15,519 nt of DNA from an uncultured archaeon (GTDB taxonomy: Archaea; Iainarchaeota; Iainarchaeia; Iainarchaeales; CSSED10-239): the NCBI GenBank assembly GCA_964591795.1, contig CAZQEL010000020.1, positions 1-15,519 of the forward strand. Reading direction: 5' to 3'. Under the pieces are notes generated by a model, which worked only from the letters and a program-made list of their open reading frames with translations, was not told the origin of the DNA and did not search any database. Position 1 is the first letter of the stretch. Every line of letters starts with the position of its first letter. A program made the position numbers and the translations under genes. Positions 15,051 to 15,519 of the stretch are shown here, one piece after another.

Positions 15051-15338
15051 TTATTTATATAAAGTAAACATATTTCTATCTATACCATAGAATAACCCTA
15101 TTCTAACACCTGCATCAATCCATCCATATGCATAAGAATAAGATGCTAATGCTCTTACATAATCTTTTTTTTCTTCAAGCACAGTTCCGTCTGAGAGATA
15201 GTTTTTTGCCATATTCAAATAATCGTTTGCCATTTCTTTTAAGAATGATTCGTTTTTAATGTTTATTTTAATTATAATTAATGCTTTTTCTAAAAGTTTT
15301 TTATATTTTTTACAATATTCCTTACAGTCTGTATTCAT
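15051..15338 (-). CDS. DUF357-like small helical protein of unknown function
   Basis: The ORF is 95 aa. ALASYSYAYGWIDAGVRIGL matches the conserved A-x-S/A-Y-A-x-GW-x-DAG core as I remember it for archaeal DUF357 proteins. It lies 2 nt upstream of endA on the same strand. Confidence 0.55.
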   Translation of the reverse strand: MNTDCKEYCKKYKKLLEKALIIIKINIKNESFLKEMANDYLNMAKNYLSDGTVLEEKKDYVRALASYSYAYGWIDAGVRIGLFYGIDRNMFTLYK

Positions 15339-15349
15339 AAAATCCCATT

Positions 15350-15519
15350 TTAAATTATTTTATTTTTTTTTAATTCTTTTTTTAATTGATTATTATTTTC
15401 ATATCTAATTCCAATCATTCCAAGTTCATTTGCTTTTTTCACATTATTTATATTATCATCAATAAAAATCACATTTTTTAAATTTGTTTTCATTTTTTTA
15501 CATATTAGTTTATATGCTT
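15350..15519 (-). CDS. C-terminal fragment of a HAD-superfamily hydrolase; the 5' end lies outside the window
   Basis: My own minus-strand translation gives ...AYKLICKKMKTNLKNVIFIDDNINNVKKANELGMIGIRYENNNQLKKELKKNKII*. The frame is open to the window edge and the stop TAA is at 15350..15352. VIFIDDxxxNVxxAxxxGM is the HAD motif IV region. This ORF is not in the supplied track because it is a partial of fewer than 60 aa. Confidence 0.5.
   Translation of the reverse strand, partial: AYKLICKKMKTNLKNVIFIDDNINNVKKANELGMIGIRYENNNQLKKELKKNKII

Noticed and set aside
14665-15067. Plus-strand ORFs 14665..14865 and 14885..15067, antisense to endA
   Set aside because: They are Phe/Ile-rich shadow ORFs of an AT-rich gene. 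The minus-strand ORF carries the EndA catalytic-domain pattern.
1-15519. A scan for CRISPR repeats, tRNA/rRNA genes, transposases, integrases, toxin-antitoxin pairs and reverse transcriptases or DGR components
   Set aside because: I found no regularly spaced direct repeats. Apart from 1..50, no GC-rich stretch stood out, and those two hairpins (8-9 bp stems, 3-nt loops) do not fit a tRNA arm; nothing else resembling a tRNA or rRNA gene was seen. No ORF had motifs of these families. All long ORFs are accounted for by housekeeping or pilus functions.

Overview
This is a very AT-rich, tightly packed archaeal chromosome segment with about 20 genes, short or overlapping intergenic gaps and standard stop codon usage (TAA, TGA and TAG all terminate ORFs). 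The gene set is archaeal housekeeping: primase large subunit PriL, RNA polymerase subunit K, ribosomal protein S17e, Pelota, CDC48/VCP, tRNA-splicing endonuclease and a DRG-type GTPase. Together with the composition and compaction, this fits a small-genome, DPANN-like archaeon; that assignment is inference. I found no rRNA, tRNA, CRISPR array, transposase or integrase. The stand-out region is 11162..14545. It holds a type IV pilus-like locus with two separate single-domain T2SSF platform genes (TadB/TadC-like rather than one fused FlaJ/PilC gene). These are followed by three tandem small pilin paralogues with class III signal peptides. Each pilin has exactly four cysteines in a conserved pattern. 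No secretion ATPase or prepilin peptidase gene lies anywhere in the window. The second theme is ribosome rescue and quality control. Pelota is present, and an N-terminally truncated NFACT (Rqc2/RqcH-like) protein is coupled to a wHTH gene and sits directly upstream of CDC48. An Mtq2-like methyltransferase overlaps a DRG-like protein whose G3 and G4 GTPase motifs look degenerate. A GC-rich pair of hairpins at the left edge may be part of a structured RNA cut off by the window. All functional calls come from motif recognition by eye. No database search was run.
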